Shown in pieces: positions 19,668 to 30,137 of a stretch of 57,932 bases of DNA. The notes below the pieces were generated by a model, which did no database searches, was not told where the DNA came from, and saw nothing but the letters and a program-made list of their open reading frames with translations. Position 1 is the first letter of the stretch. Every line of letters begins with the position of its first letter. The position numbers and the translations under genes were made by a program. Source of the DNA: a virus (lineage: Duplodnaviria; Caudoviricetes); the IMG/VR virus record IMGVR_UViG_3300027772_000031, positions 1 to 57,932 of that record; one strand, written 5' to 3'.

Positions 19668-19987
19668 TCTTGACCCTCCACCATCTTCTTAGTCTCATTC
19701 AATAGAATGCTACGGTTTAACTTATCTTTTTTAATCTCTTTATTTAAAACATCTATTCTATCAAAATTATTATAAAAGAAGTTTAGCGGATGCCCAGTTT
19801 TATTGGTTTTAAAATAATAATCTAAGAGCTCTTTAGCCCTTTCAAATCCTATGCTTTCTATAACATCTTGCATTGCCCATTTTTCTCTAAACTTATTCAA
19901 AGAAGGCATTTTGCCATACCGATCTTTATACAGGTTTTGATAAATTGTCATAAGAATATATGGGTCTTTATTATTTGCCACTGGCAA
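19664..19987 (-). CDS. Hypothetical protein (possible helicase loader)
   Basis: Coupled upstream of dnaB; function inferred from position only. Confidence 0.65.
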   Translation of the reverse strand: MPVANNKDPYILMTIYQNLYKDRYGKMPSLNKFREKWAMQDVIESIGFERAKELLDYYFKTNKTGHPLNFFYNNFDRIDVLNKEIKKDKLNRSILLNETKKMVEGQE

Positions 19988-20174
19988 GCTCTTTTTCTAT
20001 TTCTGTTGTTTTGCTAATTAGTTTTTCTTCAACAAATTTATAGACACGGTCTGTTGCAGACTCTACGTTTTCTCCAGGGCGGACGTCATCTTCAACGCCA
20101 ATGCCAACTTTAATGCTTTCATAATTTCCTAAATTTCTTGTAAACGATAAATCTACTTTAATTCTTGTTGTCAT
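19971..20174 (-). CDS. Hypothetical protein
   Basis: TRNLGNYESIKV motif seen in small phage proteins. Confidence 0.75.
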   Translation of the reverse strand: MTTRIKVDLSFTRNLGNYESIKVGIGVEDDVRPGENVESATDRVYKFVEEKLISKTTEIEKELASGK

Positions 20175-20287
20175 TTATGCTCCGCCTTAATGTGTCTAGA
20201 TAACGTGTCGCTTGCAAAAATTGCCCATCTAACTTCTACGGTTACATTACAAATAGGACAGACCATAACTCTTTTGTCTGTAGTCAT
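20171..20287 (-). CDS. 38-aa C2H2-like Zn-finger protein
   Basis: Hand-translated MTTDKRVMVCPICNVTVEVRWAIFASDTLSRHIKAEHK; overlaps both neighbours. Confidence 0.7.
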   Translation of the reverse strand: MTTDKRVMVCPICNVTVEVRWAIFASDTLSRHIKAEHK

Positions 20288-20769
20288 CACTCCGCCTTCC
20301 ATACTGGAACAAACCCTGAATCAGTCTTAGTATACAATATAAAGTCAGTTTTGAGAAGGGCTATCAGCTCTGATCTTGAAGGAACATTTTTAGAGTGTCC
20401 TGAATCTAGTATATATTCGTGTAATGACAAAATGTCCTTTTCGCTAAACATATACTGATACCACTTGCTTGTCTCGGCATTTCCTATAGGATATATCTTT
20501 TGAGGAGACAATATTTTTTCTTTTAAAATATACTCCTGTATTGTAACCCTATGTTTATTCAATATAGATCCTACTTGTTTAATTGTATAGGCCTTATTCA
20601 TATTCTTTTTTACATCAACATATGAATATAGAACTCGTTTTTTGTCAGGGTAGCACCACGAAATAACGCTGTCTTTAGATCTAGAAACACTGATTGCTTT
20701 ATGTATTTTTTCGTTTAAGAAGAAATACTGTAGTTTTTTGAGTGTTGCCTGTCTGTTTTTTCTAGCCAT
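20287..20769 (-). CDS. HTH (MerR-like) DNA-binding protein
   Basis: YTIKQVGSILNKHRVTIQEY...YMFSEKDI. Confidence 0.65.
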   Translation of the reverse strand: MARKNRQATLKKLQYFFLNEKIHKAISVSRSKDSVISWCYPDKKRVLYSYVDVKKNMNKAYTIKQVGSILNKHRVTIQEYILKEKILSPQKIYPIGNAETSKWYQYMFSEKDILSLHEYILDSGHSKNVPSRSELIALLKTDFILYTKTDSGFVPVWKAE

Positions 20770-20900
20770 TTTCCGAATGCACTCGATTCTTTATTAATCA
20801 TCCATCTTTTTCCACACTGCATGCAAAACAATTCAACATGCAATTTTTGAGAAAAAACTCTATCTACAAAAACTCTACCTTTGCATTTTTGACACCACAT
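20715..20900 (-). CDS. Zn-ribbon protein
   Basis: CQKCKG...CMQCG. Confidence 0.75.
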   Translation of the reverse strand: MWCQKCKGRVFVDRVFSQKLHVELFCMQCGKRWMINKESSAFGKWLEKTDRQHSKNYSISS

Positions 20901-21715
20901 TATAAGCTAAACAACTTTCCATCAACAACACACGTATAATCTGGTGATACGTGAATCATGTTAACGTGTGGATATTTTCCACCTTCAATGTGAGCAATAG
21001 CAAATCCCTTTTGCCAGTCATGGTGCTGGGTGTATTTCATACCTGGACCCTTTTCATCACACATATGTCCAATTTCATATCCACGCAAAGTTTCTCCCTT
21101 GCCCTTATTTCTAAGTTCATATGTCACCATGTGTGAAGCAATTCTATGTGAATGTCCTCTAATTAAAGAAACCTGCATATCTTCCATATCTTTTCTAGCA
21201 GATCCTGTGGCTGCAATTGACATTCCGTGGTGGACGTGAATATCTCCAAAACGGCGCTTAGGCAATTCGTTATAATAAATGTAGTCGTACCCCAATGAGT
21301 CTAAACTCCATAAAGCTTCTGGAGTGACATGCTTTGCATACTCAGGAATTTTTTTGTCTAAGTAATCAAAGATTCGAATATCATGGTTTCCTAGTGCTGA
21401 AAACAATTGTGCATCTGGAAGCATCTTTCTTGTTCTTTCGTAAAACTCACGAGCACCGCTTGCTTCAATTTTCATATCTTTTAGCATTAATTCTAAATCA
21501 TTAAGCACATCATCATTCTTATATGCCTTTAAAAATTCTGTTGGCTTGCCGTCTGTGAATCTACTATAGCAAGCCTGATCGTCTGTATCACCAAGGTAAT
21601 CTACGACATCGGGTTTAAACCACTTCATAACCTTAAACCAAAGCTCAATCATTTTATCGTCTTGATATGGAAACTGCTGATCAGATGAAAGCATCCATTT
21701 TAAATCGTTAGACAT
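20900..21715 (-). CDS. Calcineurin-like metallophosphoesterase
   Basis: SD, LGD..D, GNHD, HG and GHSH motifs. Confidence 0.88.
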   Translation of the reverse strand: MSNDLKWMLSSDQQFPYQDDKMIELWFKVMKWFKPDVVDYLGDTDDQACYSRFTDGKPTEFLKAYKNDDVLNDLELMLKDMKIEASGAREFYERTRKMLPDAQLFSALGNHDIRIFDYLDKKIPEYAKHVTPEALWSLDSLGYDYIYYNELPKRRFGDIHVHHGMSIAATGSARKDMEDMQVSLIRGHSHRIASHMVTYELRNKGKGETLRGYEIGHMCDEKGPGMKYTQHHDWQKGFAIAHIEGGKYPHVNMIHVSPDYTCVVDGKLFSL

Positions 21716-21771
21716 TTATTACCCTTTTTTTATTTAAGACATAAAGATTTATGGCTTATTAACTACTTGAA

Positions 21772-21799
21772 ATTGTAGCATATGCTTTTATTTTGTCAA
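21772..21799 (-). promoter_or_regulatory. sigma70-type promoter heading the replication module
   Basis: TTGACA-16-TACAAT with extended TG. Confidence 0.75.
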
Positions 21800-21806
21800 T
21801 ACTATT

Positions 21807-22235
21807 TTATGAACTGGCCGCTATCCACTCTACATAAACGCTGCCACTTGCGGTAGCTCCTACTGGCAACATTGATATAGTAAATCCAGTGGCGCTTGGA
21901 GAAGTAACAACTGGTTGATATTTTTGTTTTAAAAAGTTTGCTGAGCTTGCTTGCCATAAAGAACAAATTATGTTAGGGGTTGCAGAAAATGTTTTTTTAA
22001 ATGTAACAGATATTGTGCCTGTTCCTGATGTAGTGCATGGCACCTTTAATCTTCCAGACTCAATTATTTGAGTAGAGGTAGATACCGTTCCAGAACCAGT
22101 TGAGGTTGCAGTTACTTCTACCACGCTATTTGCCAAACTATTTATAATGTTAATGTTAGCAACAATACTGGCCATCAACTCTGAGGTAACTGGATCTCCA
22201 GGGTTAATCGACATCGGTTTTAATTGTTCAGCCAT
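21807..22235 (-). CDS. Virion protein with H-type-lectin/gp53-like C-terminal domain
   Basis: SVTFKKTFSATPNI...TGFTI...VEWIA pattern. Confidence 0.6.
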   Translation of the reverse strand: MAEQLKPMSINPGDPVTSELMASIVANINIINSLANSVVEVTATSTGSGTVSTSTQIIESGRLKVPCTTSGTGTISVTFKKTFSATPNIICSLWQASSANFLKQKYQPVVTSPSATGFTISMLPVGATASGSVYVEWIAASS

Positions 22236-22237
22236 TT

Positions 22238-22414
22238 TTACTCCTTAGAATCCGTATTGCTTTCGTTTTCTTCTGTTGCATTTGCTAAGTTAATCATACC
22301 TTGCATTTGAGTTATTTCTGCACGGAGTATAGCTATATGCGTCTCATATTGTGAGACAATTTCACCAACACGCTGTTGGAGCGCTGCTATTACCAAATCT
22401 GCTTTATTTTCCAT
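22238..22414 (-). CDS. Small coiled-coil protein (58 aa)
   Basis: Hand-translated MENKADLVIAALQQRVGEIVSQYETHIAILRAEITQMQ...; AAGGAG RBS and upstream extended -10. Confidence 0.75.
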   Translation of the reverse strand: MENKADLVIAALQQRVGEIVSQYETHIAILRAEITQMQGMINLANATEENESNTDSKE

Positions 22415-22445
22415 TATATCTCCTTGATAGATTTACAGTATACCA

Positions 22446-22649
22446 TTATGGGTTATTTGTGTCTAGTCCATTCTTAGAAAGATATGACTCTGTTGTCATC
22501 TCTTCTTCTGTGATTCCTTCATGCCTAGAAAATCCTTCTTTTAATAATGTTCCGCAATCTGGGCAAATTGCATAGGCGTTAGATTTATCTAATGATTCTG
22601 CATAAAGCTCTTTGTCATCTATACATACAGCACAAAAAAACTTAAACAT
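22446..22649 (-). CDS. Small Zn-ribbon protein
   Basis: CAVC...CPDCG. Confidence 0.6.
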   Translation of the reverse strand: MFKFFCAVCIDDKELYAESLDKSNAYAICPDCGTLLKEGFSRHEGITEEEMTTESYLSKNGLDTNNP

Positions 22650-25116
22650 TGTTGCTCTCCAATTCTAATATCTTTTGATCCATAATTTGGATTTTTTCTT
22701 TTAACTCTCTAATTATTGGTATTAATAGGAAAGCTAGCTTATGCTCATTTTGAAGCGCTGTTGGCTGGCCGTTTAAATTCCTTTGAACAAAAAGTCCAAG
22801 GCCAGCGTCCTCTAAATCTTCTGCAATCGGTCCAAAAGAATGGGTTCCCCATAAAGTTGAGTCAGTTTCTGGATGGTTGTTTATGTATGTATAAAATGCT
22901 GGGTTTATATTAAGAATTTTATCATAATAAGATTTAGGAGCATAGGTAATATTTTCCTTAAACCTTCTTGATGAGCTGTCATTTACGAGAGATCTTATAT
23001 ATCTAAAGTCTCTTGCTCTTACGTCATTTCTAATTTCTGCAGCGTAAGACCTTGATGCAGAGTCTGCTGCAAATCTGAATACGTTTGATTGGGTATTTAT
23101 AAAGAATGATTGGCCAGAATCTGAGTATGGGTTTCCTGCTGATATTGTATAATCTGATCCACCGTTCCATCCAATTAATACTTTGCTTCCTAGCAAAATT
23201 CTAGGAAGATCTGGTAATCTGCCAGTAAGGTCTCCATTACCCAGATCAAATCCTCCTACACGGCCAGACGTGAAGCTTCCACTTATTCCAGTAATACTTC
23301 CTGTGGTAATCTTAGTTGCATTTATTGAGAATGCAGAAATAAAATCTGCAACAACTGCGGCAGCAGAAATAGTTCCTGTTGTTATTTTTCCACCATTTAT
23401 TGTTGTTGTAGTGGTAGAGTTATTAATACTATTAACAATTGCATCTCTATTAAAGCTTGTAGATGGAAGTGCTGCATCAGCCGTTGCTTTTGCAGCAAGC
23501 GCAGCAACTTTTGCGGTATTGGCATCTGTTGCAGCGGTCTGTGCTGTAGTGCTTGCAGTAGTAGCTGTTCCATTAACGGTAGTTAATTGTGAAGAAGTAG
23601 CATATCCACCAATTACTGCGTTGCTAGCATATAGCGTTCCATCTGAAGCAACTCTAAATTTTGCATTTGCATCTGGAGTATTGTTTCCAGCCCACATCAC
23701 GTAGTCTCCAGAAGACTTTAAGTAAACGCTGTTTGTTGCTGTAGCACCTACCTGTATTGATCCCGTGCTGTCTAAAGTAATATTGTTTTTATTTATTGTG
23801 GTGTCGGCAATATTCCAGCCGCCTATCGATCCTCCGTTTGCAGTAATAGTACCAGTTGATGCGCTAATGGTTACTGATTTTGTTCCATTTGCTACTTTTA
23901 ATCCTGTTGAGTTTAAAACAAATCCATTACCAGAAAGGTTACTGTTGGCATCTATGGTGCCATTATATATTGATGCTCCAGTAGTAGACATAAGTAAATT
24001 TCCACTAAACGTTCCACCTCTTGCCGTAACATTTCCATCTACTTCAAATGTAGATCCATCCCATAAAAGATAATTATTTGTTGCCCCGCCAACCTTAAGC
24101 CTAGCGCTGTTTGTGGCATTAACATACCAGTAGTTGCTGGCATCAAAATACAATCCCTTGTTTGTGGCAACTGATCCTACCCCTACTCCAAATTGAAATG
24201 GTCCACCCGATATGTAGCTTGATACAGATGGTGTGCCCGTAACCGTAACATCTGTGCCAGAAATGTATGAAGATGATGTATTGTTGTACTCGTCATAAGT
24301 TGCAACTGCTATCTTATATGTTGATCCTATTGCTAGTCCACCAAGCCTGTAGGTTGTGCCAGTGCCTGGGGAATTAACATAAGAGTAGGTTACTCCGTTG
24401 TCGTTACTAAATCTAATTCTATATCCTCTTATGCCTCCGCCTGTTACTGCTGGCCAAGATATGTCGGCATAAGCATTGAATCCTAAATATCCAGATGTGT
24501 CTATCCCACTGCTAACGCTAACTGATGTAACATTTGATGGACCAACTGTGTCTACGGTAATTGGATCTGATGCTCTAAACGGACCAGACACAACACTTTT
24601 TTTATGATAATCTTGATCTCTTGTGTCTACACGAATCCACCTATTATTTGTATTTGAAACTAAAATAGTAGCGGAATTTCCAGTTCCACTCCAAACTAAA
24701 TACTCTTCTCCTGTAAATGATCCTGTAAGGCTTTCATAAATTTGAGCATCTATAAACCATTTATTAGTAGATAAACTTTTATCAATTGAATCCCACTTTA
24801 CACCGTATAATAAAAGTCCTGGCGTAACGGTTAAATTTGAAACTGGCAAGGTGTAATCTGGTGCTTGTAAATTAACTACAAAATTTGCAGATCTTGGGCC
24901 AGATATTAGTTGAGATGGATTATTTGGGTCTTGATAATAGTAAGAAAATGCAAATTGATATTTACCATTTGCAATTACGGCTAACCCAGATCTTTCTACC
25001 TTAAATGCATTTGGATCGGTTTTTCCTGCAGCATTAGCGGCGCCTGCATTTGTTGAGCTTAAGTCTGCTGGAGATGCGTACCTATTACCAAATTTGTCTA
25101 AACTATAATTTGTCAT
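22642..25116 (-). CDS. Tail fibre/tip protein with FN3 domain and C-terminal peptidase S74 chaperone
   Basis: FN3 (ISWPAV...GYRIRFS...GLAIGSTYKIAVATYD), Gly/Thr-rich shaft, SSRRFKENI...GPIAEDL...coiled coil. Confidence 0.85.
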   Translation of the reverse strand: MTNYSLDKFGNRYASPADLSSTNAGAANAAGKTDPNAFKVERSGLAVIANGKYQFAFSYYYQDPNNPSQLISGPRSANFVVNLQAPDYTLPVSNLTVTPGLLLYGVKWDSIDKSLSTNKWFIDAQIYESLTGSFTGEEYLVWSGTGNSATILVSNTNNRWIRVDTRDQDYHKKSVVSGPFRASDPITVDTVGPSNVTSVSVSSGIDTSGYLGFNAYADISWPAVTGGGIRGYRIRFSNDNGVTYSYVNSPGTGTTYRLGGLAIGSTYKIAVATYDEYNNTSSSYISGTDVTVTGTPSVSSYISGGPFQFGVGVGSVATNKGLYFDASNYWYVNATNSARLKVGGATNNYLLWDGSTFEVDGNVTARGGTFSGNLLMSTTGASIYNGTIDANSNLSGNGFVLNSTGLKVANGTKSVTISASTGTITANGGSIGGWNIADTTINKNNITLDSTGSIQVGATATNSVYLKSSGDYVMWAGNNTPDANAKFRVASDGTLYASNAVIGGYATSSQLTTVNGTATTASTTAQTAATDANTAKVAALAAKATADAALPSTSFNRDAIVNSINNSTTTTTINGGKITTGTISAAAVVADFISAFSINATKITTGSITGISGSFTSGRVGGFDLGNGDLTGRLPDLPRILLGSKVLIGWNGGSDYTISAGNPYSDSGQSFFINTQSNVFRFAADSASRSYAAEIRNDVRARDFRYIRSLVNDSSSRRFKENITYAPKSYYDKILNINPAFYTYINNHPETDSTLWGTHSFGPIAEDLEDAGLGLFVQRNLNGQPTALQNEHKLAFLLIPIIRELKEKIQIMDQKILELESNNV

Positions 25117-25997
25117 AAATATCCAATATTTATTTTATATTCTATGTCCATCTCTACCCCTAATTTTTTAATTATAGGAGTTGCCAAAACAGATCTGCTG
25201 ATTAATCCATACTGAGTATTATAGGAGTCGTCATCATTAACCCTCAGTCCGTCTAATAGCACGTTTGCTGTGCCGCTGGCCGCCTTAATTCCCACTTCAA
25301 TTGTAGTGATTGCCGAGAAATCTACGGCATCTGTAGACGAATATGTAGAGTTAAACAGGTTAGACATTGATGTTTTTAATATTTTATTACCGATTGAAGA
25401 CTGTGCTGGAAATCTAATTTCTTTGTATGCGGTAGGAGAGCTATACATTTTAACAAATATATAATTTAGATTTAAATCCCTTTGATTAAAAGCAATACTA
25501 ATTGAATCATTTACTCCATATCCAGAAATATCAAATAGAGTATCTAGTTTATATGACTTAGAGTTTCCAGATGTTGCTGACAAAGAAAATAACGTTGAAC
25601 CTATTAATGGGGATGGGCTTGTTACCGTGATTGGCTGATTGCCGCTTGAATCGTACCAAGGAAAAATATTTTCAAATGAAGAGATATAGTTAGAAGAATA
25701 ATCTGTATTCTTTATATCTACTGATGGGAACAGACCCATTTCATATATTACACCCTCGACATCAGTAGGCAGTGTTGTTTTATAAACAACAGAATATGTA
25801 GTAACTCCAGTGCCCGTATTGGTTTGAATATCTGAGCTTCCTAGGAATACTCCAGACCTGTAAAATTCAAACTCTAAATCTGTATCGTTAACAGAGGCAG
25901 CAGTAGACCCTATTCCTATTGCTATGTCCTTTTTACTAAAATTTAATCCATTAGCCAGATAAGATGTTATAAATCTTTTACCAAATTTTGTTATCAT
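25113..25997 (-). CDS. Minor tail protein
   Basis: MITKFGK...IAIGIGST...LEFEFYR N-terminus; lies in the tail module. Confidence 0.7.
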   Translation of the reverse strand: MITKFGKRFITSYLANGLNFSKKDIAIGIGSTAASVNDTDLEFEFYRSGVFLGSSDIQTNTGTGVTTYSVVYKTTLPTDVEGVIYEMGLFPSVDIKNTDYSSNYISSFENIFPWYDSSGNQPITVTSPSPLIGSTLFSLSATSGNSKSYKLDTLFDISGYGVNDSISIAFNQRDLNLNYIFVKMYSSPTAYKEIRFPAQSSIGNKILKTSMSNLFNSTYSSTDAVDFSAITTIEVGIKAASGTANVLLDGLRVNDDDSYNTQYGLISRSVLATPIIKKLGVEMDIEYKINIGYL

Positions 25998-26410
25998 GCT
26001 AAAAACACTCCCTTGACAATATCTCCAACGCTATTTTTTACTTCAAAAGTAACTCTTAAAAATCTATTATTATTTTTATCATAGTATATGTCTGGATCAG
26101 TAATCACTTGTCCAGACGAATATCGTGTTCCATTTTTTCCTATTAAAGTTATGTCTTCTAGGTTTGGAGCAAGAAGCGAGGAGTCTGAGTCATCAGAAAG
26201 ATTAAATAAGTCTGTGTCCTCTTCTATGTCATCATCTTCAGATCCTGGGGTACTAGGGACGAATGTCTTTTCAACCTTGTTTGTATATATATTTACAAGA
26301 TCATATTGATCTTTTTTTATTGTATCAAGTAGTGGAGAGTCTATTGGTAGTTGTGGCTTTACTCCACCAGCTACCTGGGATTTACCGACTTTTGGATTCT
26401 TTTTACTCAT
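25994..26410 (-). CDS. Hypothetical tail-module protein
   Basis: ORF behind a leaderless extended -10 promoter. Confidence 0.65.
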   Translation of the reverse strand: MSKKNPKVGKSQVAGGVKPQLPIDSPLLDTIKKDQYDLVNIYTNKVEKTFVPSTPGSEDDDIEEDTDLFNLSDDSDSSLLAPNLEDITLIGKNGTRYSSGQVITDPDIYYDKNNNRFLRVTFEVKNSVGDIVKGVFLA

Positions 26411-26430
26411 ATAAAGATTCTACCATTTCT

Positions 26431-29400
26431 TTAAACATAAATCGACCTACATACAAGAGTTGTTGAGCTCATTTCTCCATACTCATTATTGGTATCTAAA
26501 ACAATATATTTACCTGCTGTTTGTCCAGTGTCTTCGCTTGAGTATACTAGATTTTCTGGATAAGAAATTTCTACTACGTCTCCAATATCAATTAATGGGT
26601 TTGGGAACACGTCTATTGTTAAAACTGTTTGCTGCTTAGACCATTGAGTTTTCATCCAGTCTGAAAGATTTTTAGCCTCTGATTCTTTTTGTATCCAGAC
26701 TGAGTCAAATGAGACCTGCTCTTCCGTGCTGGTGGCTGACATGGATGGATCTATGTACTCAAATGGATCAAGAGGGGAAATGCTTTCTCCAACGACAACA
26801 AAACTTTTTTCTCCGCCATCGGCAAAATCTATAAATGTTCCAGTATTATTTAATATATAAGCCTCTATGCCAAATGAGTTGGCGTCGTAGCCAAGTATAG
26901 ATGCGTTTGGGTTTAAAATAATTTGTGGATATTTTACAAAACCAGGTCGTGTAGCATACTTTGTAGATATCTTTTTAATTTCTCTTGCTACTGGTCCAAA
27001 TTCTTTTATCCACGGAGATTTTGCTAAACTAGATGACCATCCGTTTGACAGGAAGTCTCCAAATACATTTTTAATTGCTCCTGTAGACTGCAAGTAAGAT
27101 CCATAGTTATCTGTGGAGCTTGAATTGAAAAAATCATCTTTATTTAAAACACAAGAGTATACATAGTCAAACGCCACTTCACCAGATATGGAAATCAAAC
27201 CAATTTTATTAGTAATAGATATTGGCTCGTTATCTGTAGCTGTAATTATAGTATTGTTAAATTTAATTTTAAATACTCTACTTAATGGATTTGCTTGAGA
27301 AACCTTAATGTCTATCCTGTATAACTCTCCACCCGACACTCCAGTAATTGAGTTGTCTTCAGTTTTTTGTGTATCGGAAACTGCAGTTTCAACTCCATTT
27401 ATTAATTTAAACAATTGAACATCTCTTGCCCCTAAACCTTTGTTAGCAACGTTTTGAGATGTTGCAATTTTTAAAATATACCCGTTGAGATTATTTGCAG
27501 ATAGGCCAACTCCAATTGCTGCAGTAGACATTTGGTCACCAGTCGTTCTGCCTTGAGTAGTTGTTTTTAATTTAAAGAACATAGCTGATCCTACGGAAAA
27601 ATATTTTTCAGTAGAGAAGGGATCTGAGTTAATTGTAGCAAAATAGCTTGAGCCAGATGAGGGGGCTGTCATGGTTAATAGAGAAGAAGAAATAGATTTT
27701 CCAGCACTATCTGTGGACTGCAATGAAAATATAGAGTTATCTGCTGTATTTGTTTTTGATGCAAAATTAACTATTGCTCCAGACCATTCATTTTTTAAAG
27801 ACGCTAGATCAACCTGGTGCTGTGTTCCAACTCCAACTCCATTACCCGTGGCGTTAAAAGAATTTCTTTCTTTAATTCTATATCTTAATGTAGATTTAAA
27901 AGATCCAATTTTACTTTCACCCAAATACTTTGCAATATCTGCATCAGAAGTTATCCATCTTTTTGTAGTAGTATTAGGAGCACTGAGCGGCTCATATTGA
28001 AACTCTATTGCATCATACTCAACAACTTCATTATTAACTAAAAAATATCCAGACTTGTTATAGAATTCGTTGTCGGCTAAACTTGAATAAACGGTTATTG
28101 GTGATAAAGATACGGTACCAAGTGGGCAATCTGTTTCTGCTGGCTGACTTGCATTTAGCGTAGATTGTAGGGCTGCTGCACCAAGCACTGACGGTGGAGA
28201 CACATATAAAAAGTCTGAAGAGCCTTTATAGTTTGTACTTATTATCGGGGTATATATTACTTTCACTGATTTAGTTGACGGCACAACTTCTTTATTCAAT
28301 GAAATAATATTAGGCAAATCTGTTAATTTTTTTGAATTTCTGAATTTAAAAACAGAAGATCTAGTTTTATCAAAAACATAATCTCTTGGATAAAACTGAA
28401 GAACATCATTATTGTCAAAAGTTGCAATCATCTGTGTATCTTTGCATAGCTCTTGAATATGCTGCCAGACTGTCTTTGACCCATCTGTGTACCAATAGAG
28501 TGGAACTATTGTTGCCGAGTCTGCTACTAAAGTATTATTTTTAGCATATGTATTAAAATTATAATTTGTGAATCCTATTGAGTCTAACAGTCTTCTAATG
28601 ATTGCTTGTGAGGGAGCTGACTGTATTACAATGTCTGGTGCCAAGATCTCTTGTAAGAATTTTCCTCCGTCTAGGCCCTGTATCTCCATAGCACCAAATT
28701 CATTAATGCTAAAAGAATCTATGTAGAATGTTCCTTGCGGTACTTTTTCTGATTCAATAACGTTATATGGGATTACTTTTACATTTTTATATAGATTAAT
28801 TTTATTTTTATTAAAAGAATATGTTTTGTCATACTCTATTCCTGACCTATCAAACCCTTCCAGGGACAGGCTTAATGAATTAGAGGTAACCTGCCCAACG
28901 GGTACAATTCCATAGGAGTCGCTTGATGATGTTTTTGATGTTTTAAAATTAATTAGTTTGTCAGATATATCCTTTATATATCTAGCCCCTACCTCGATAA
29001 CACCTAAAAATGAATTTGCTACGCTTATTGTTTCTACGGATACAATTATCTTTTTTATATTAAATGGAGTTGAAGGAGAAGCAAATTTTGTAGTAGACCA
29101 TGATGATCCGTTATAGTATAAATTGAACACGCCATCATCTGGAACTACCCCATTTGTAGATATTGTAGACTCCGCTCCAGAATGATCCTGAATTTTTATA
29201 GACCAGTTTGCTGGCTTGGAGTATGCCGTTTCAAACTTTATAACTATTAAATTAGATACTGCAGTTTTTGCAACTGGGTACTCTACTGTAAAATTACAAT
29301 TTGAAAGAGAGTAGTTTGCCGCTTGAGGAGATAGCCAAAACTTATATTGGTTTTTTGTACTAGAAAAGTATGTTCTTGTTTTTAAGTCTCCAGCAACATT

Positions 29401-29688
29401 ATACTTTGGGATACTCGTAATAACATTTGGGTTTAAAATAAAATACTGAATGCCTGAAACGCTAGGCCTTCTTGGATCAATAATGCTTGTAAGAGGGAAA
29501 AGCTTTTTGAATGGTTCATAATACTTGTTAGTAGATGGGTCTATTTTTACTTGTGAAGCAACTGGAGAAGATATAGATACCCCACTAATTAAATCGTTCA
29601 TATTGTACTCTAGCCAGCAACCTCCAGACATTGAGTACGATGATGATTGATTTATTTTATCGAGTACCGTTTGGCTTACAGATTGCAT
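26431..29688 (-). CDS. Large minor tail (tip/hub) protein
   Basis: 1085 aa, second gene after the tape measure; C-terminal PNPLIDIGDVVEI hub-like motif. Confidence 0.78.
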   Translation of the reverse strand: MQSVSQTVLDKINQSSSYSMSGGCWLEYNMNDLISGVSISSPVASQVKIDPSTNKYYEPFKKLFPLTSIIDPRRPSVSGIQYFILNPNVITSIPKYNVAGDLKTRTYFSSTKNQYKFWLSPQAANYSLSNCNFTVEYPVAKTAVSNLIVIKFETAYSKPANWSIKIQDHSGAESTISTNGVVPDDGVFNLYYNGSSWSTTKFASPSTPFNIKKIIVSVETISVANSFLGVIEVGARYIKDISDKLINFKTSKTSSSDSYGIVPVGQVTSNSLSLSLEGFDRSGIEYDKTYSFNKNKINLYKNVKVIPYNVIESEKVPQGTFYIDSFSINEFGAMEIQGLDGGKFLQEILAPDIVIQSAPSQAIIRRLLDSIGFTNYNFNTYAKNNTLVADSATIVPLYWYTDGSKTVWQHIQELCKDTQMIATFDNNDVLQFYPRDYVFDKTRSSVFKFRNSKKLTDLPNIISLNKEVVPSTKSVKVIYTPIISTNYKGSSDFLYVSPPSVLGAAALQSTLNASQPAETDCPLGTVSLSPITVYSSLADNEFYNKSGYFLVNNEVVEYDAIEFQYEPLSAPNTTTKRWITSDADIAKYLGESKIGSFKSTLRYRIKERNSFNATGNGVGVGTQHQVDLASLKNEWSGAIVNFASKTNTADNSIFSLQSTDSAGKSISSSLLTMTAPSSGSSYFATINSDPFSTEKYFSVGSAMFFKLKTTTQGRTTGDQMSTAAIGVGLSANNLNGYILKIATSQNVANKGLGARDVQLFKLINGVETAVSDTQKTEDNSITGVSGGELYRIDIKVSQANPLSRVFKIKFNNTIITATDNEPISITNKIGLISISGEVAFDYVYSCVLNKDDFFNSSSTDNYGSYLQSTGAIKNVFGDFLSNGWSSSLAKSPWIKEFGPVAREIKKISTKYATRPGFVKYPQIILNPNASILGYDANSFGIEAYILNNTGTFIDFADGGEKSFVVVGESISPLDPFEYIDPSMSATSTEEQVSFDSVWIQKESEAKNLSDWMKTQWSKQQTVLTIDVFPNPLIDIGDVVEISYPENLVYSSEDTGQTAGKYIVLDTNNEYGEMSSTTLVCRSIYV

Positions 29689-30137
29689 TATACTTCTACC
29701 AGTGAAATACTAACGTCCCAAAAAGCCTGTGCCGCATCGCTTGTTTTCTCTTTTACATTTCTTTTTATTAATGAAAATGAGCAAGACTCAAATGATGCAA
29801 AAAATTCTTCTGTTCTTGATAAATTATATGCAATTTTTGCAGTAAATGTTGTTTGTCCAAGTGCGCTTGTGTAGAATGACTTTATGTCTTCGGCTCCCCA
29901 TCCACCATCAACGGTCATGGTTGAATATGATGGGACCATGCTCCACGAAACAGATAATGATTTTTTATCTGCAATGAATAATTTTCTTAAAGTTCCATTT
30001 GCCATTCTTACGGACTGATCAATTCTTTCTACATCAACCTGAATAGGAGATCTATTGTGTTCGGTTAATTTTTGAAATGTTCCAGTAGCATCCTTAACAA
30101 ATAAGGCTGATCCGACTGGTAAAATTAAAGCTGCCAT
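29688..30137 (-). CDS. Distal tail protein-like
   Basis: Directly after the tape measure; RMANGTLR motif. Confidence 0.7.
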   Translation of the reverse strand: MAALILPVGSALFVKDATGTFQKLTEHNRSPIQVDVERIDQSVRMANGTLRKLFIADKKSLSVSWSMVPSYSTMTVDGGWGAEDIKSFYTSALGQTTFTAKIAYNLSRTEEFFASFESCSFSLIKRNVKEKTSDAAQAFWDVSISLVEV